Assembly: GCA_012728725.1 (NCBI GenBank)
Contig: JAAYEM010000021.1
Coordinates: 5,715-69,714 of the forward strand
Direction: 5' to 3'
Source of the DNA: Tissierellia bacterium
Lineage (GTDB): Bacteria > Bacillota > Clostridia > Tissierellales > Tepidimicrobiaceae
Length of the DNA stretch: 64,000 nucleotides
In this document: in pieces, positions 31,030-40,309 of the stretch
Layout: every line of letters begins with the position of its first letter
How positions within the stretch are numbered: position 1 is the stretch's first letter
Position numbers and translations under genes: made by a program
The notes under the pieces: model-generated
What the model saw: the letters and a program-made list of their open reading frames with translations, nothing else
Database searches by the model: none
Told to the model about the DNA's origin: nothing

Positions 31030-33015
31030 TTAATTATTGTACTCCTCTTGTAAATATAGATCTATTATAGAGCCCTTGGTCACCTCAGTTCCAGGCAAAG
31101 GAAATTGATCTATTACTACAGAATTTTCCGTTATGTTATAGGATTCAGTAGTATATCTGAAACCCAGCTGACTGAGTATTTCTCCCGCTTCCCCAATGGT
31201 CATGTTTCTCACATCTGGAACTACTTCAGTATATTCAAATTGTTCCTTTTCCTCCTCTGTAAATTCTGGTTCAACCTCTAAGTAAGACAAGGTCTCCTCT
31301 ATTACCTTCCCTGCTACAGGGGCTGCTACACTTCCTCCATAATACATGCCCTCTGGTTCATCAACTATTACCAGTACGGCTATTTTGGGATCTGTAGCCG
31401 GTGCTACAGCTACAAAAGAACCAATATATTTCCCCGGTGCATATTTTCCATCTATAATCTTTTGGGCTGTACCAGTTTTGCCTGCAACCCTATATCCAGG
31501 AACATATGCGTTAGTCCCAGTTCCCTTAGTGACTACAGATTCCATCATTTCTAGCATCATATCGGAAGTAGTCTTTGAAATAACCTGCCTTATTACTTCA
31601 GGTTTATTTTCTATAACCACATTGCCCTCATTATCTATTAATTTAGAAACAAGTCTAGGTTTCATTAAATTACCCCCATTGGCAATGGCAGAAACGGCAT
31701 TAATAAGCTGTATGGGAGTGACAGCTATACCATGACCATAGGACATGGTGGCTAAGTTTATTTCTTTAATAACGTCTGTATTAGGTGGTATTATGCCTCC
31801 CTGCTCACCAGTAAGTTCTATGCCAGTCTTCTCTCCAAATCCAAAAGCCTTTATGTATTTATATAATTTTTCCTTGCCTAGACTTCTACCTAAATTCACA
31901 AATACTACGTTACATGAGTTTTCCATGCCTTCCTTTAAAGTTTGGGCTCCATGGGGATTGTACCATCTAGAACACTTGAGTACTCCTCCGGGTATATCTC
32001 TGATAAATCCATTACAATAAAAATGGCTATCCATATTAGCTACATTTTCTTCAAGGGCAGCAGCTGCTACTATGGTTTTAAAGGTTGAACCTGGTTCATA
32101 GGCATCGTTTATTGCAAAATTCCTCCACATATCATACCATTTTTTTTGCAATTCCTCCTCAGGCAATTCCTTCCATTTCTCCTTTTCCTTTTCATCTAAA
32201 GGCTCTCTAGGATTATTAGGATTGTATTGGGGTAAGGTTGTCATTGCCAATATATCGCCAGTTTTGGGATCCATAACTATAATGGAAACATTTTTGGCCT
32301 TTGTGGTTATTAGAGATTCCATGGCAGCCTTTTCTGCAAAATGTTGAATAACTTCATCTATAGTTAGTACTACATTTAACCCATCCTCTGCATCATATAC
32401 CCGTTCCCCATCGTAGGGCATTTGCCTTCCACGAGCGTCTTCAGTTTTCACCCACCTTCCAGGTGTTCCTGATAAATATCTATCATAGGTTTTTTCTATA
32501 CCATATAATCCATAACCATCTATATCTGTAAAACCTAGTATATGGCTTGCAAAATCCTCATAGGGGTAAAACCTTTTATTATCTTCTACAATCTCTATTC
32601 CCGACAATCTCAGATTTCTCAACTTTTTAGCTTCTTCCTTAGTAATCCATTGTTTTATCTTCTCCACATTCTGCCTCTTAGTTATTTTTTCATACACAAG
32701 GGATTCATCCATATCTAGTACCTCTGCCACCTTTTTGGCTGTATCAATAGGATCGTCTATATCGGCAGGGCTTGCCCATACCGTATAAGAGCTTACTGAA
32801 ATTGCAAGCTTTTTCCCGTTTCTATCAAATATTATTCCTCTTTTGGGTTTTATTTCGATACCCTTGGTCCATTGCTCTAAAGCTCCTTTTTTCAATTCTT
32901 CCCCTCTTGCTATTTGTATATACCCTGTTCTTATAATTAGTGCAAAAACTACTATCAAAACCACTGCAAAAACGAATACCAACCTTTTCTTTGTAATATT
33001 GCTGGGTACTGTCAA
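31030..33015 (-). CDS. spoVD: Class B penicillin-binding protein, SpoVD/PBP2B type, with C-terminal PASTA domain
   Basis: 661 aa with an N-terminal TM helix, STFK (residues 310-313), SCN (367-369) and KTGTA motifs, a Cys334/Cys348 pair, and one PASTA domain at the C-terminus. Confidence 0.85.
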   Translation of the reverse strand: MTVPSNITKKRLVFVFAVVLIVVFALIIRTGYIQIARGEELKKGALEQWTKGIEIKPKRGIIFDRNGKKLAISVSSYTVWASPADIDDPIDTAKKVAEVLDMDESLVYEKITKRQNVEKIKQWITKEEAKKLRNLRLSGIEIVEDNKRFYPYEDFASHILGFTDIDGYGLYGIEKTYDRYLSGTPGRWVKTEDARGRQMPYDGERVYDAEDGLNVVLTIDEVIQHFAEKAAMESLITTKAKNVSIIVMDPKTGDILAMTTLPQYNPNNPREPLDEKEKEKWKELPEEELQKKWYDMWRNFAINDAYEPGSTFKTIVAAAALEENVANMDSHFYCNGFIRDIPGGVLKCSRWYNPHGAQTLKEGMENSCNVVFVNLGRSLGKEKLYKYIKAFGFGEKTGIELTGEQGGIIPPNTDVIKEINLATMSYGHGIAVTPIQLINAVSAIANGGNLMKPRLVSKLIDNEGNVVIENKPEVIRQVISKTTSDMMLEMMESVVTKGTGTNAYVPGYRVAGKTGTAQKIIDGKYAPGKYIGSFVAVAPATDPKIAVLVIVDEPEGMYYGGSVAAPVAGKVIEETLSYLEVEPEFTEEEKEQFEYTEVVPDVRNMTIGEAGEILSQLGFRYTTESYNITENSVVIDQFPLPGTEVTKGSIIDLYLQEEYNN

Positions 33016-33027
33016 AACAAAACCCCC

Positions 33028-33486
33028 TTAAAACAGACTTAAAAATAAATTCATAACGCTTTTTAATCTCTCTCCAATAGTATTAACCCCATCCTCTACT
33101 TCAGCTATTTCTATCTCTTCTACCTCTACATATACTATCTGCTCCTCCTTTGGATAATCTAGTCCCAGTTTAATCATAGCTTCCTCTTCTACTCTAGAAA
33201 TAGACTTAATCCCTTCCAACTGGGCAATTAAATCCTGTTTCTCCCTTTCCAGTTCAATCCTTTGTTTTTCCAGTTCTGTTATTTCCAATCTCAGCTTAGT
33301 TATATTAGCATATCTATACAATATGTATAAGGATATAATCATTGCCAACATAGCCATACCTATTACAGCTAACTTGGCAGCTGCATAGGATTTCTTTTTC
33401 TTCTTTTTCAACCTTCTAGGCCGTTCTATTTCAACATCCATTTGTTCTGGATAATAATGTTCTAATTCCCTTTTTGCTACTAACAA
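33028..33486 (-). CDS. ftsL: FtsL-like division protein
   Basis: 152 aa with a lysine-rich N-terminus, a single TM helix and a leucine-zipper-like coiled coil, lying between rsmH and the class B PBP. Confidence 0.7.
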   Translation of the reverse strand: MLVAKRELEHYYPEQMDVEIERPRRLKKKKKKSYAAAKLAVIGMAMLAMIISLYILYRYANITKLRLEITELEKQRIELEREKQDLIAQLEGIKSISRVEEEAMIKLGLDYPKEEQIVYVEVEEIEIAEVEDGVNTIGERLKSVMNLFLSLF

Positions 33487-33514
33487 TTTATTCTACCCCC
33501 CTTTATTTTAGAAC

Positions 33515-34456
33515 TTAAACTCTTTCAGCAATCCTTAACTTGGAACTTTTCGATCTGGGATTTTGGTCAATTTCCTTTTTAGTAGGCACAATCGGCTTTT
33601 TAGTTATAATATTTATCTCCTTCTTCTTATCGCAAACACATATTGGAAAATCTGGCGGGCATACGCATTCCTTGCTTAGTTCCTTAAAGCTATCCTTTAC
33701 AATCCTATCCTCCAATGAATGAAAGGTGATAATACATATCCGTCCCTTACTATTTAGTAACCTACACATTATAGGAATACTTTCCCTCAGTACATCTAAC
33801 TCCCTATTTACCTCTATTCTAATAGCCTGAAAGGTCCTTTTGGCTGGGTGGCCCCCTTCCATCCTAACCTTTTGGGGTATAGCCTTTTTGATTATGTCTA
33901 CTAATTGTAGTGTAGTCTCTATAGGTTTTTTCTTCCTTTCCCTTACAATAAATTCAGCAATACGCTTGGCCCACCTTTCTTCTCCATATTCCCAAATAAT
34001 TCTTTCAAGCTCCTCTTGGCTATATTTATTTACTACATCCTTGGCTGTAAAATCTTTAGTCTTATCCATCCTCATATCTAAGGGAGCGTCTTTCTGGTAG
34101 GAAAAACCCCTCTCCCTACTATCCAGTTGATGGGATGATACACCTATATCTAAAAGGATACCGTCCACCTTATCTATATTTAATTCAGATAAAATCCCCT
34201 CTATATTTGCATAATTATCATGGACCAAGGTAACCTTACCCATGTGGTCCTTCAATACTTCCTCTGCTTTTTTAATGGCATTTAAATCTTGATCTATCCC
34301 TATCAGCCTACCGCTGGTCAATCTTTTTACTATTTCTATAGAATGTCCAGCACCTCCTATGGTGCCATCTACGTATATCCCATCTTCTTTTATGTTTAAT
34401 CCCTCTATTGTTTCCTTAAGTAATACAGGCGTATGTTGAAATTTCAATTCCTCCAC
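33515..34456 (-). CDS. rsmH: 16S rRNA (cytosine1402-N4)-methyltransferase
   Basis: 313 aa (HxPVLL, DGTxGGAGHS, DLGVSSxQLD). Confidence 0.95.
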   Translation of the reverse strand: MEELKFQHTPVLLKETIEGLNIKEDGIYVDGTIGGAGHSIEIVKRLTSGRLIGIDQDLNAIKKAEEVLKDHMGKVTLVHDNYANIEGILSELNIDKVDGILLDIGVSSHQLDSRERGFSYQKDAPLDMRMDKTKDFTAKDVVNKYSQEELERIIWEYGEERWAKRIAEFIVRERKKKPIETTLQLVDIIKKAIPQKVRMEGGHPAKRTFQAIRIEVNRELDVLRESIPIMCRLLNSKGRICIITFHSLEDRIVKDSFKELSKECVCPPDFPICVCDKKKEINIITKKPIVPTKKEIDQNPRSKSSKLRIAERV

Positions 34457-34463
34457 TCCTTAA

Positions 34464-34895
34464 TCAGATTCCCAATTCTGCCATCTTTTCAGCAATACTA
34501 TCATAGCTTAAACTTTCATCCTCATTATAGCTATCCCATTCCTCTTTACTCCATATCTCAATCCTAGTAGCAACTCCTATAATTACCACATCTTTTTTCA
34601 GTCTTGCATGTTCTCGTAAATTGCTAGGTATAAGAACCCTACCTTGCTTATCGAGAACACACTCCGTTGCTCCTGCAAAGAAAAATCTTACAAAGGCTCT
34701 GGCATCTCTATTGGTAAGGGGCAAAGCTCTTAATTTCTGTTCAAGGACAGACCATTCTTCCCTGGAATAAACGAACAGGCAGTTATCAAGACCTTTAGTC
34801 ATTATGAAATCAGAACCTAGGCCTTCTCTAAATTTTGAAGGCATTATTACTCTGCCCTTATTGTCTAGCGTATGTTGGTACTCCCCAATAAACAT
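34464..34895 (-). CDS. mraZ: Transcriptional regulator MraZ
   Basis: 143 aa starting [15 protein letters not shown], with two DXXXR-type repeats. AAGGGTGA RBS. The upstream extension in the track overlaps the MraZ operator repeats. Confidence 0.92.
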   Translation of the reverse strand: MFIGEYQHTLDNKGRVIMPSKFREGLGSDFIMTKGLDNCLFVYSREEWSVLEQKLRALPLTNRDARAFVRFFFAGATECVLDKQGRVLIPSNLREHARLKKDVVIIGVATRIEIWSKEEWDSYNEDESLSYDSIAEKMAELGI

Positions 34896-34922
34896 ACCTG
34901 TCACCCTTTTAGTATAATTTGC

Positions 34923-34947
34923 CCCACTTCCTACCACTTTACTCCAC
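34923..34947 (-). promoter_or_regulatory. MraZ operator: three GTGGN direct repeats at 10-bp period
   Basis: The minus strand reads GTGGA-N5-GTGGT-N5-GTGGG (34947-34943, 34937-34933, 34927-34923), 28-52 nt upstream of the mraZ ATG. This matches the known MraZ box architecture. Confidence 0.7.
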
Positions 34948-35080
34948 ATATTATTTATTCTATACCATTTTATAAATTCCTTCTATTATTAAAAAATATT
35001 TTCTCCTTTTTATTAGGTCTTGGGTCCCATTTTTTTAATTTTTTTCTTATTTCTTTATTATCCGACAGCCCATATGGTCA

Positions 35081-35110
35081 AAAAAGAAAAAATAGAGGAA
35101 AATCCTCTAT
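35081..35110 (-). terminator. Intrinsic terminator after lgt
   Basis: ATAGAGG-N5-CCTCTAT hairpin followed by TTTTTTCTTTTTT on the minus strand. Confidence 0.7.
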
Positions 35111-35111
35111 T

Positions 35112-35843
35112 TTAGTCCCTTTTTTCCCTTCTTCTTTTAAATAATAAAAGGGTTAATATTATTCCAATTATACTGATTAACTGGGCTACCCGAATAGGCC
35201 CTAACATCAGGCTGTCAGTTCTTAGGCCTTCTACAAAAAACCTGCCCACAGAATAAAGCATAAAATACAATAGGAAAACTTCTCCACTAAATTTAGCTTT
35301 CTTTCTTCTATACCAGAGAAGGAATATGAAAACTAAAAAATTCCAAATAGATTCATATAGGAAGGTAGGGTGAACCTTTACTCCATCTACCATTATGCCC
35401 CAAGGTAAATCTGTTGGCCTACCATAGGCTTCTTGATTTATATAATTTCCCCAACGGCCTATTGCCTGGCCTAGTATAAGACTGGGGGCACAAACATCTG
35501 CTACCTGCCAAAAATCCACCTTCCTCTTCCTGGTAAATATTATAGCTACAATTACAGCCCCTATAATGGCACCATGGATAGCCAGGCCTCCGCCCCTAAA
35601 ATTAAATATCTCTCCTAAATTATCCTTATAATAGTCCCAACTAAATATTACATAATGAATCCTAGAACCTATTAGGCCAGCAGGAATGGCATATATTAAA
35701 AGATCTATTAGGGTATTTTCATCCATACCTATTCTTCTAGCTTCCCTTAAAGCAAGAATGGTACCAATTACAACTCCAATGGATATCAATACCCCATACC
35801 ACATAATTTCAATACCAAATATCTCAAAAGCTACAGGATCCAT
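35112..35843 (-). CDS. lgt: Prolipoprotein diacylglyceryl transferase
   Basis: 243 aa, polytopic, with conserved GGLxxHGA-like GGGLAIHGA and GRxGN (IGRWGNYINQE). Confidence 0.93.
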   Translation of the reverse strand: MDPVAFEIFGIEIMWYGVLISIGVVIGTILALREARRIGMDENTLIDLLIYAIPAGLIGSRIHYVIFSWDYYKDNLGEIFNFRGGGLAIHGAIIGAVIVAIIFTRKRKVDFWQVADVCAPSLILGQAIGRWGNYINQEAYGRPTDLPWGIMVDGVKVHPTFLYESIWNFLVFIFLLWYRRKKAKFSGEVFLLYFMLYSVGRFFVEGLRTDSLMLGPIRVAQLISIIGIILTLLLFKRRREKRD

Positions 35844-35936
35844 ACATAGTCACCTACCTTATATTATCAATAATAATAAGTATATCACAAATTTTCTGTC
35901 TGTCTATAATATAAATCTCCAATAAATCCAATATAT

Positions 35937-35966
35937 AAAAAAACCCGATCATACGACGGGTTTTTT
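35937..35966 (-). terminator. Intrinsic (bidirectional-looking) terminator
   Basis: AAAAAACCCG-N9-CGGGTTTTTT. It abuts the stop codon of the alternative-frame C-terminal extension of the lipoprotein gene. Confidence 0.8.
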
Positions 35967-36452
35967 ACCTTATGCCTTCCATTATTCTATTTATTTCATC
36001 TACATAATTATCATAGGGTTTACCATTCATTAACCCCTCTATTATTCCTTCAATCTGATCAAATATCTTTTATTGTCACTTATCAATACCTGACTTATAC
36101 CACTGTCATTCTCCAAAATCGTACTATTTATGGTTTCTTTTAAATCCTCTGTTAGTTGATAACCATCAGCCATTTCAAGACCAACTGCAACCCTATCATT
36201 TAATATTATAGCTGTAGCATTATCTATTCCATATAGGTTTACCACTAAATCGGAAATATTCTCCGATCTAATCAATAGATCCTTATCCTTGGCAGATACT
36301 CCTAATGTAATTTCCTCTTCCTGAGTGTCTTCAAGGCTTTCTTCCTTATTCATATCATCCATCTTATATTCACTAGGCTGACAGGCTGTCAAAAGACTAA
36401 TGATTAATAATAGAAATAGAATTGATTTTATTATATTTGTTTTTTTATTCAT
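35965..36452 (-). pseudogene. YhcN/YlaJ-family spore lipoprotein gene interrupted by a one-base frameshift
   Basis: Signal peptide and lipobox are present (LLTAC). The annotated frame stops at 36042 (...ISDNKRYLIRLKE*). The -1 frame continues from 36071 as KIFDQIEGIIEGLMNGKPYDNYVDEINRIMEGIR* and ends at 35965, directly at the terminator. The shift lies in the run AATAAAAG (36066-36073). Confidence 0.6.
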
Positions 36453-36659
36453 ATTCTTCTTCCCTCCCTATCATATAGTTTTTCATTAATGTAGAATTTT
36501 ATTACAAAAAAGGATATTTGGATTAAAATTTAGGAAAATACTTGTACTCTCTTAATATAATCCAATTCCTATCCTTTTCTTTTTGACATTGAATCCATAC
36601 TGTTTATAATATATAATAGATTTTGTATGCAAACTTAGGAATTTGAAAGGAAGGTTTTG

Positions 36660-37751
36660 ATGAAATTAGGAATAGTTGGACTACCAAATGTAGGAAAGAG
36701 TACTCTTTTTAATGCCTTAACAGCTGCTAAAGCAGAAGCTGAAAATTATCCCTTTTGTACCATAGAGCCCAATGTAGGAATAGTATCTGTTCCTGATCAT
36801 AGATTGGATATGTTAGCTGAATTAATAAATCCAGAAAAGGTAACTCCTGCTACTATAGAATTTTTTGATATTGCAGGCCTGGTTAAAGGGGCCAGTAAAG
36901 GTGAGGGGTTGGGAAATAAATTCCTATCCCATATTAGGGAAGTAGAAGCAATAGTCCATGTTGTCAGATGTTTTGAGGATGAAAATATAAGCCACGTAGA
37001 AGGAAAGATAAGTCCACTGGATGATATAGAGATTATAAATATAGAGCTTATGCTTTCTGATCTAGAGATAATAAACAATAGGTTGCAAAAAGTTGAAAAG
37101 CTGGTTAAGGGAGATAAATCTTATAATAAGGAATTAGAATTGTTAAAGAGATTGATAAATTCTATTGAAAACAACCGCCCATTAAGAAGCTTAGATTTTA
37201 ATGAAGAAGAGCTAAAAATAATTAAAGGTTTCGGTTTATTATCCCTAAAGCCAGTATTATATGTATGTAATATTTCTGAAGAGGATCTACTATCTGGAGA
37301 AGATAACAAATATGTAAAATTGGTAAAAGATTATGCCCAAAAAGAAAATTCACAGGTAATTGTAATTTCAGCAAAGATAGAATCAGAGATTTCTCAACTG
37401 GATAAGGAGGAGAAAAAAGAATTTCTAAATGAACTTGGTTTAGAAGAATCTGGTTTAGATAAATTAATAAATGCCAGCTATGACCTTTTAGGTCTTATGA
37501 GCTTTATAACTGCAGGTCCCAAGGAAGTAAGGGCATGGACCATTAAAAAAGGCACTAAGGCTCCCCAGGCAGCGGGTAAAATCCATACGGATATGGAACG
37601 GGGCTTTATTAGGGCAGAGGTAATTAATTATAAGGATCTACTAGAATGTGGTGGAATGGCCCAGGCTAGGGAAAAGGGCCTTGTTCGCTTAGAAGGAAAA
37701 GATTATGTAATACAGGATGGAGATGTGGTACTATTTAGGTTTAATGTATAA
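36660..37751 (+). CDS. ychF: Ribosome-binding ATPase YchF
   Basis: GLPNVGKST P-loop, a TGS domain and a conserved C-terminus. ATG at 36660, 5 nt after GAAAGGAAGG. TTGACA-16-TATAAT promoter at 36583-36610. Confidence 0.93.
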   Translation: MKLGIVGLPNVGKSTLFNALTAAKAEAENYPFCTIEPNVGIVSVPDHRLDMLAELINPEKVTPATIEFFDIAGLVKGASKGEGLGNKFLSHIREVEAIVHVVRCFEDENISHVEGKISPLDDIEIINIELMLSDLEIINNRLQKVEKLVKGDKSYNKELELLKRLINSIENNRPLRSLDFNEEELKIIKGFGLLSLKPVLYVCNISEEDLLSGEDNKYVKLVKDYAQKENSQVIVISAKIESEISQLDKEEKKEFLNELGLEESGLDKLINASYDLLGLMSFITAGPKEVRAWTIKKGTKAPQAAGKIHTDMERGFIRAEVINYKDLLECGGMAQAREKGLVRLEGKDYVIQDGDVVLFRFNV

Positions 37752-37776
37752 AAATAAGGGGCTTAGCCCCTTATTT
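37752..37776. terminator. Bidirectional intrinsic terminator
   Basis: AAATAAGGGGC-TTA-GCCCCTTATTT, a perfect 11-bp stem between convergent genes. Confidence 0.8.
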
Positions 37777-37986
37777 AAAAAGTCCCCTTATTACCATCAA
37801 TAATCCAATTATAATTAATGGGATTCCTATAATGGAACCTATAACAGTTATAGTTAACAAAATTCCAACTGGTATAAAAACAAATCCTAATATTATGGCT
37901 ATTAAGCTCCCTGTCAAACTTATAAAAAACTGGGCCAGTTTTCCCAACAATATAAAAGGAAAAAACAAGATCTTCAAAACTAACAT
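37771..37986 (-). CDS. Small hydrophobic membrane protein (2 TM), unknown function
   Basis: A start at MLVLKILFF... gives about 71 aa made almost entirely of two TM helices. The longer track ORF would overlap the upstream gene by 49 nt. Confidence 0.4.
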   Translation of the reverse strand: MLVLKILFFPFILLGKLAQFFISLTGSLIAIILGFVFIPVGILLTITVIGSIIGIPLIIIGLLMVIRGLFK

Positions 37987-38060
37987 CCCCCTAGATATAT
38001 TATTATTACTATAATATGATAAATGGCTAAAAATTTCTATACGAAAAGGGAAGCTCCCCT

Positions 38061-38768
38061 TTAGCCATCGTATACCATGGCATTCAATTCCCCTTTTACT
38101 AGCCTCCAATTGGGCAGGAATTTATCCATATAGGCAATAAATCTCTTATTATGACTTTTTTCCAATAAATGAACCATTTCATGAACTATTATATATTCCA
38201 AGCACCGGGGATTTTTCTTGGCCAATTCTAAATTTATCCATATCCTTTTTGCAGTAGGATTACAACTTCCCCACCGGGTCTTCATCCTTTTTACTCCAAA
38301 TTCATTGACCTTTACCCCTAAAACAGGTTCCCATTTTTCTATTAGGGGAGGTATCAATTTTTTCAATTCCCCTCGGTACCATTCAATCATTACTTTTTCC
38401 CTTAAATATTTAGGAGTATTTTCCCTAACAAATAAATCTATATATTTTTTATTCCTAACCTGAACCCCTTGTTTCCTTTTATTGGTATAGACTACATTTA
38501 GTAGGTAACGCTGGCCTAGAAAATAATGGCTTTCCCCTGATACATACTCCCTTTCAAGAATCCTTTCCTGGTCTTTAAATTTCTGCTGGTGTTTTTTGAT
38601 CCAGGACAGTTTTGATATGGCGAATTGCCGGATGGCTTCCTCATCCATCCATTTAGGAGCAGAGATCTTCACCTTACCATGGGGAGGATGGACGGAAATA
38701 TAAAGGTTTTTTATATTCTTTTTAGTTAGTTCTATCTCTATACCATTAATTATTATCCTTTCCATCAA
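38061..38768 (-). CDS. DUF45/YgjP-like (M48 superfamily) zinc metallopeptidase
   Basis: 235 aa with an HEMVHL zinc-binding motif near the C-terminus and WGSC upstream, typical of the YgjP/SprT-like family. Confidence 0.75.
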   Translation of the reverse strand: MMERIIINGIEIELTKKNIKNLYISVHPPHGKVKISAPKWMDEEAIRQFAISKLSWIKKHQQKFKDQERILEREYVSGESHYFLGQRYLLNVVYTNKRKQGVQVRNKKYIDLFVRENTPKYLREKVMIEWYRGELKKLIPPLIEKWEPVLGVKVNEFGVKRMKTRWGSCNPTAKRIWINLELAKKNPRCLEYIIVHEMVHLLEKSHNKRFIAYMDKFLPNWRLVKGELNAMVYDG

Positions 38769-38968
38769 TATCCTTCCTTTTTCTATTAAGGTAAAAATTT
38801 AATCTCTATATTGAAAGGCATCCATTCCGCCCCTTAATTCATCACACCTGCTTCATTTACTTCTATATAAATGCCCTTCTTAATAGAAGATTATAATTCC
38901 TCCTTAGCTATACTAACTATATTTTACAGCATTCAGCCATTGGTGTCCAAAATAGGGATAAATATTTC

Positions 38969-39013
38969 AAAAAAACTTTAGATGCATGGCTTTCTTTAAT
39001 TTAACCATGCATC
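38969..39013 (-). terminator. Intrinsic terminator after the encapsulin gene
   Basis: GATGCATGG-N15-CCATGCATC, a 9-bp stem followed by TAAAGTTTTTTT on the minus strand. Confidence 0.7.
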
Positions 39014-39078
39014 CAATTGGGCTTAAATATTATTAAATTGCTCCTCTATTTAGAAAGGATTCCTTAAATAGACACCTT

Positions 39079-39864
39079 TTACAATTTATAGTTAACTATT
39101 AGGGTGGGATCTAATACCCTAAATGTAAAAGATTCGGTTAAGAAGAATTTTACCCTTTCATTATCATGCTCCTGATATCCCAGGGATAGGTCCTGACCTA
39201 TGGTCAATTCTAAATCCTCATGATCATAGGGTACAAGGATTGCTCCATCTATTACATGGCAATAGATTATCTTATGGCCAATTAGCTCTTCTATCCTCTT
39301 ATCTAGTGGATAAGCGGTTTCCTTAGACAGTATCCTTTTGTATGCTTCTTTACCTACTATCAAGGTATAAGGGCCTTCCTGATAAGCTTCCCTCAACCTA
39401 ATGAGTCCTTCTGTAATGGCTTCCATTATAGCATTAGGATTGTTTCCAAATTCTATCGGATCTCCTTCAGCAGATTCTATTAATCCCTTTATATTGGCAT
39501 CTGCCAATCCATTATATACTGCATTCTCTTCAAATAGGGCTATCTCCTTTGCTGCTTGCTCTAATGGCTCATAATCTACATCCTTTGCTCCCCTAATAAT
39601 ATTGTCCAATTCCCATCTATTCATTTCAAATTCAATCCTAGCCTCGGTTAATGGTAGTACGCTAAAATTAGCATATCCTATATTGCCATTTTTCTTTATT
39701 TGTCCTAATCTACCTTCTGTAATTACATTGAAGTCCCAACCCTTTGGACCTACAACCTTAACTACCCTTCTAGCTGAAAGATAGGTTTTAAATACCTCCA
39801 TAAGCCTATCTTCCATTTCCTCCCAAGCTGCATTGGTTACTGGTGCAAGATCCCTATATAGCAT
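39079..39864 (-). CDS. Family 1 encapsulin shell protein (linocin M18 / HK97-fold)
   Basis: 261 aa, collinear with the T. maritima encapsulin as I recall it (GPYTLIV, GQDLSLGY, LTESFTFRVL, ending KL). RBS AAGGGGGT overlaps the stop codon of the upstream cargo gene. Confidence 0.9.
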   Translation of the reverse strand: MLYRDLAPVTNAAWEEMEDRLMEVFKTYLSARRVVKVVGPKGWDFNVITEGRLGQIKKNGNIGYANFSVLPLTEARIEFEMNRWELDNIIRGAKDVDYEPLEQAAKEIALFEENAVYNGLADANIKGLIESAEGDPIEFGNNPNAIMEAITEGLIRLREAYQEGPYTLIVGKEAYKRILSKETAYPLDKRIEELIGHKIIYCHVIDGAILVPYDHEDLELTIGQDLSLGYQEHDNERVKFFLTESFTFRVLDPTLIVNYKL

Positions 39865-39878
39865 TCCACTTTACCCCC

Positions 39879-40235
39879 TTATTTTAAATCTCCAACATTA
39901 AGTCCAGATCTTCCCTCTGGCCTTTCATCTCCATCTTTTCCCATAGCTTCCTCTTCCAAGCCAACTATTGGGCCCTCTGTAAATAAGTAAGTTCTTAGCT
40001 CTCGGTCCCATACAGGCATATTCCTTCTTAACCACTCTAAAGTCATGCAGGCATGCTCAATTTCCTCATCCCTATTATGGGCCAGTATGGCCTTTAACTC
40101 CTCATCCTTGGTGGCTACCACCCTCTGATTATACCAATCTACAGCTTCAATCTCTTCCTTTAAGCTGTTTAAGGCCCTTACAATATCCTTAGCCTTCTCA
40201 TCTAAATATTCTACTGGTTCATGATACTGATTCAT
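39879..40235 (-). CDS. Encapsulated ferritin-like cargo protein (EncFtn)
   Basis: 118 aa from MNQYHEP, with ferroxidase-type residues (EEIEA ... DEEIEHA, i.e. E...ExxH). A flexible acidic/Gly linker precedes the C-terminal SGLNVGDLK, which resembles encapsulin targeting peptides. Confidence 0.85.
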   Translation of the reverse strand: MNQYHEPVEYLDEKAKDIVRALNSLKEEIEAVDWYNQRVVATKDEELKAILAHNRDEEIEHACMTLEWLRRNMPVWDRELRTYLFTEGPIVGLEEEAMGKDGDERPEGRSGLNVGDLK

Positions 40236-40309
40236 AAAAAAACCCCCCATTTATCCTTTATTTTAAAATAATCATACCCATTTAGTTATAAAATAATCAA
40301 ACTGACTAC

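Noticed and set aside
34896-34949. N-terminal extensions in the raw ORF calls: mraZ (34949), nrdR (16565), murE (30960), pgeF (16076), nadE (48967), the EncFtn gene (40250), orr (6838) and others
   Set aside because: In each case a downstream start has a proper Shine-Dalgarno and gives the family-typical N-terminus. The extensions overlap RBSs or operators (the MraZ boxes, for example).
38061-38768. DUF45/YgjP peptidase as part of a type I restriction-modification or defence island next to the encapsulin
   Set aside because: No hsdR/M/S, methyltransferase, helicase or other defence genes are adjacent. The neighbours are a tiny membrane protein and ychF.
38769-38968. SD-like TAAGGAGGAA and short inverted repeat (CTTCT-ATTA-AGAAG) between the encapsulin terminator and the DUF45 gene
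   Set aside because: Only 5-8-codon ORFs follow, and there is no conserved structure I can recognise. It is probably promoter/5'-UTR sequence of the DUF45 gene.
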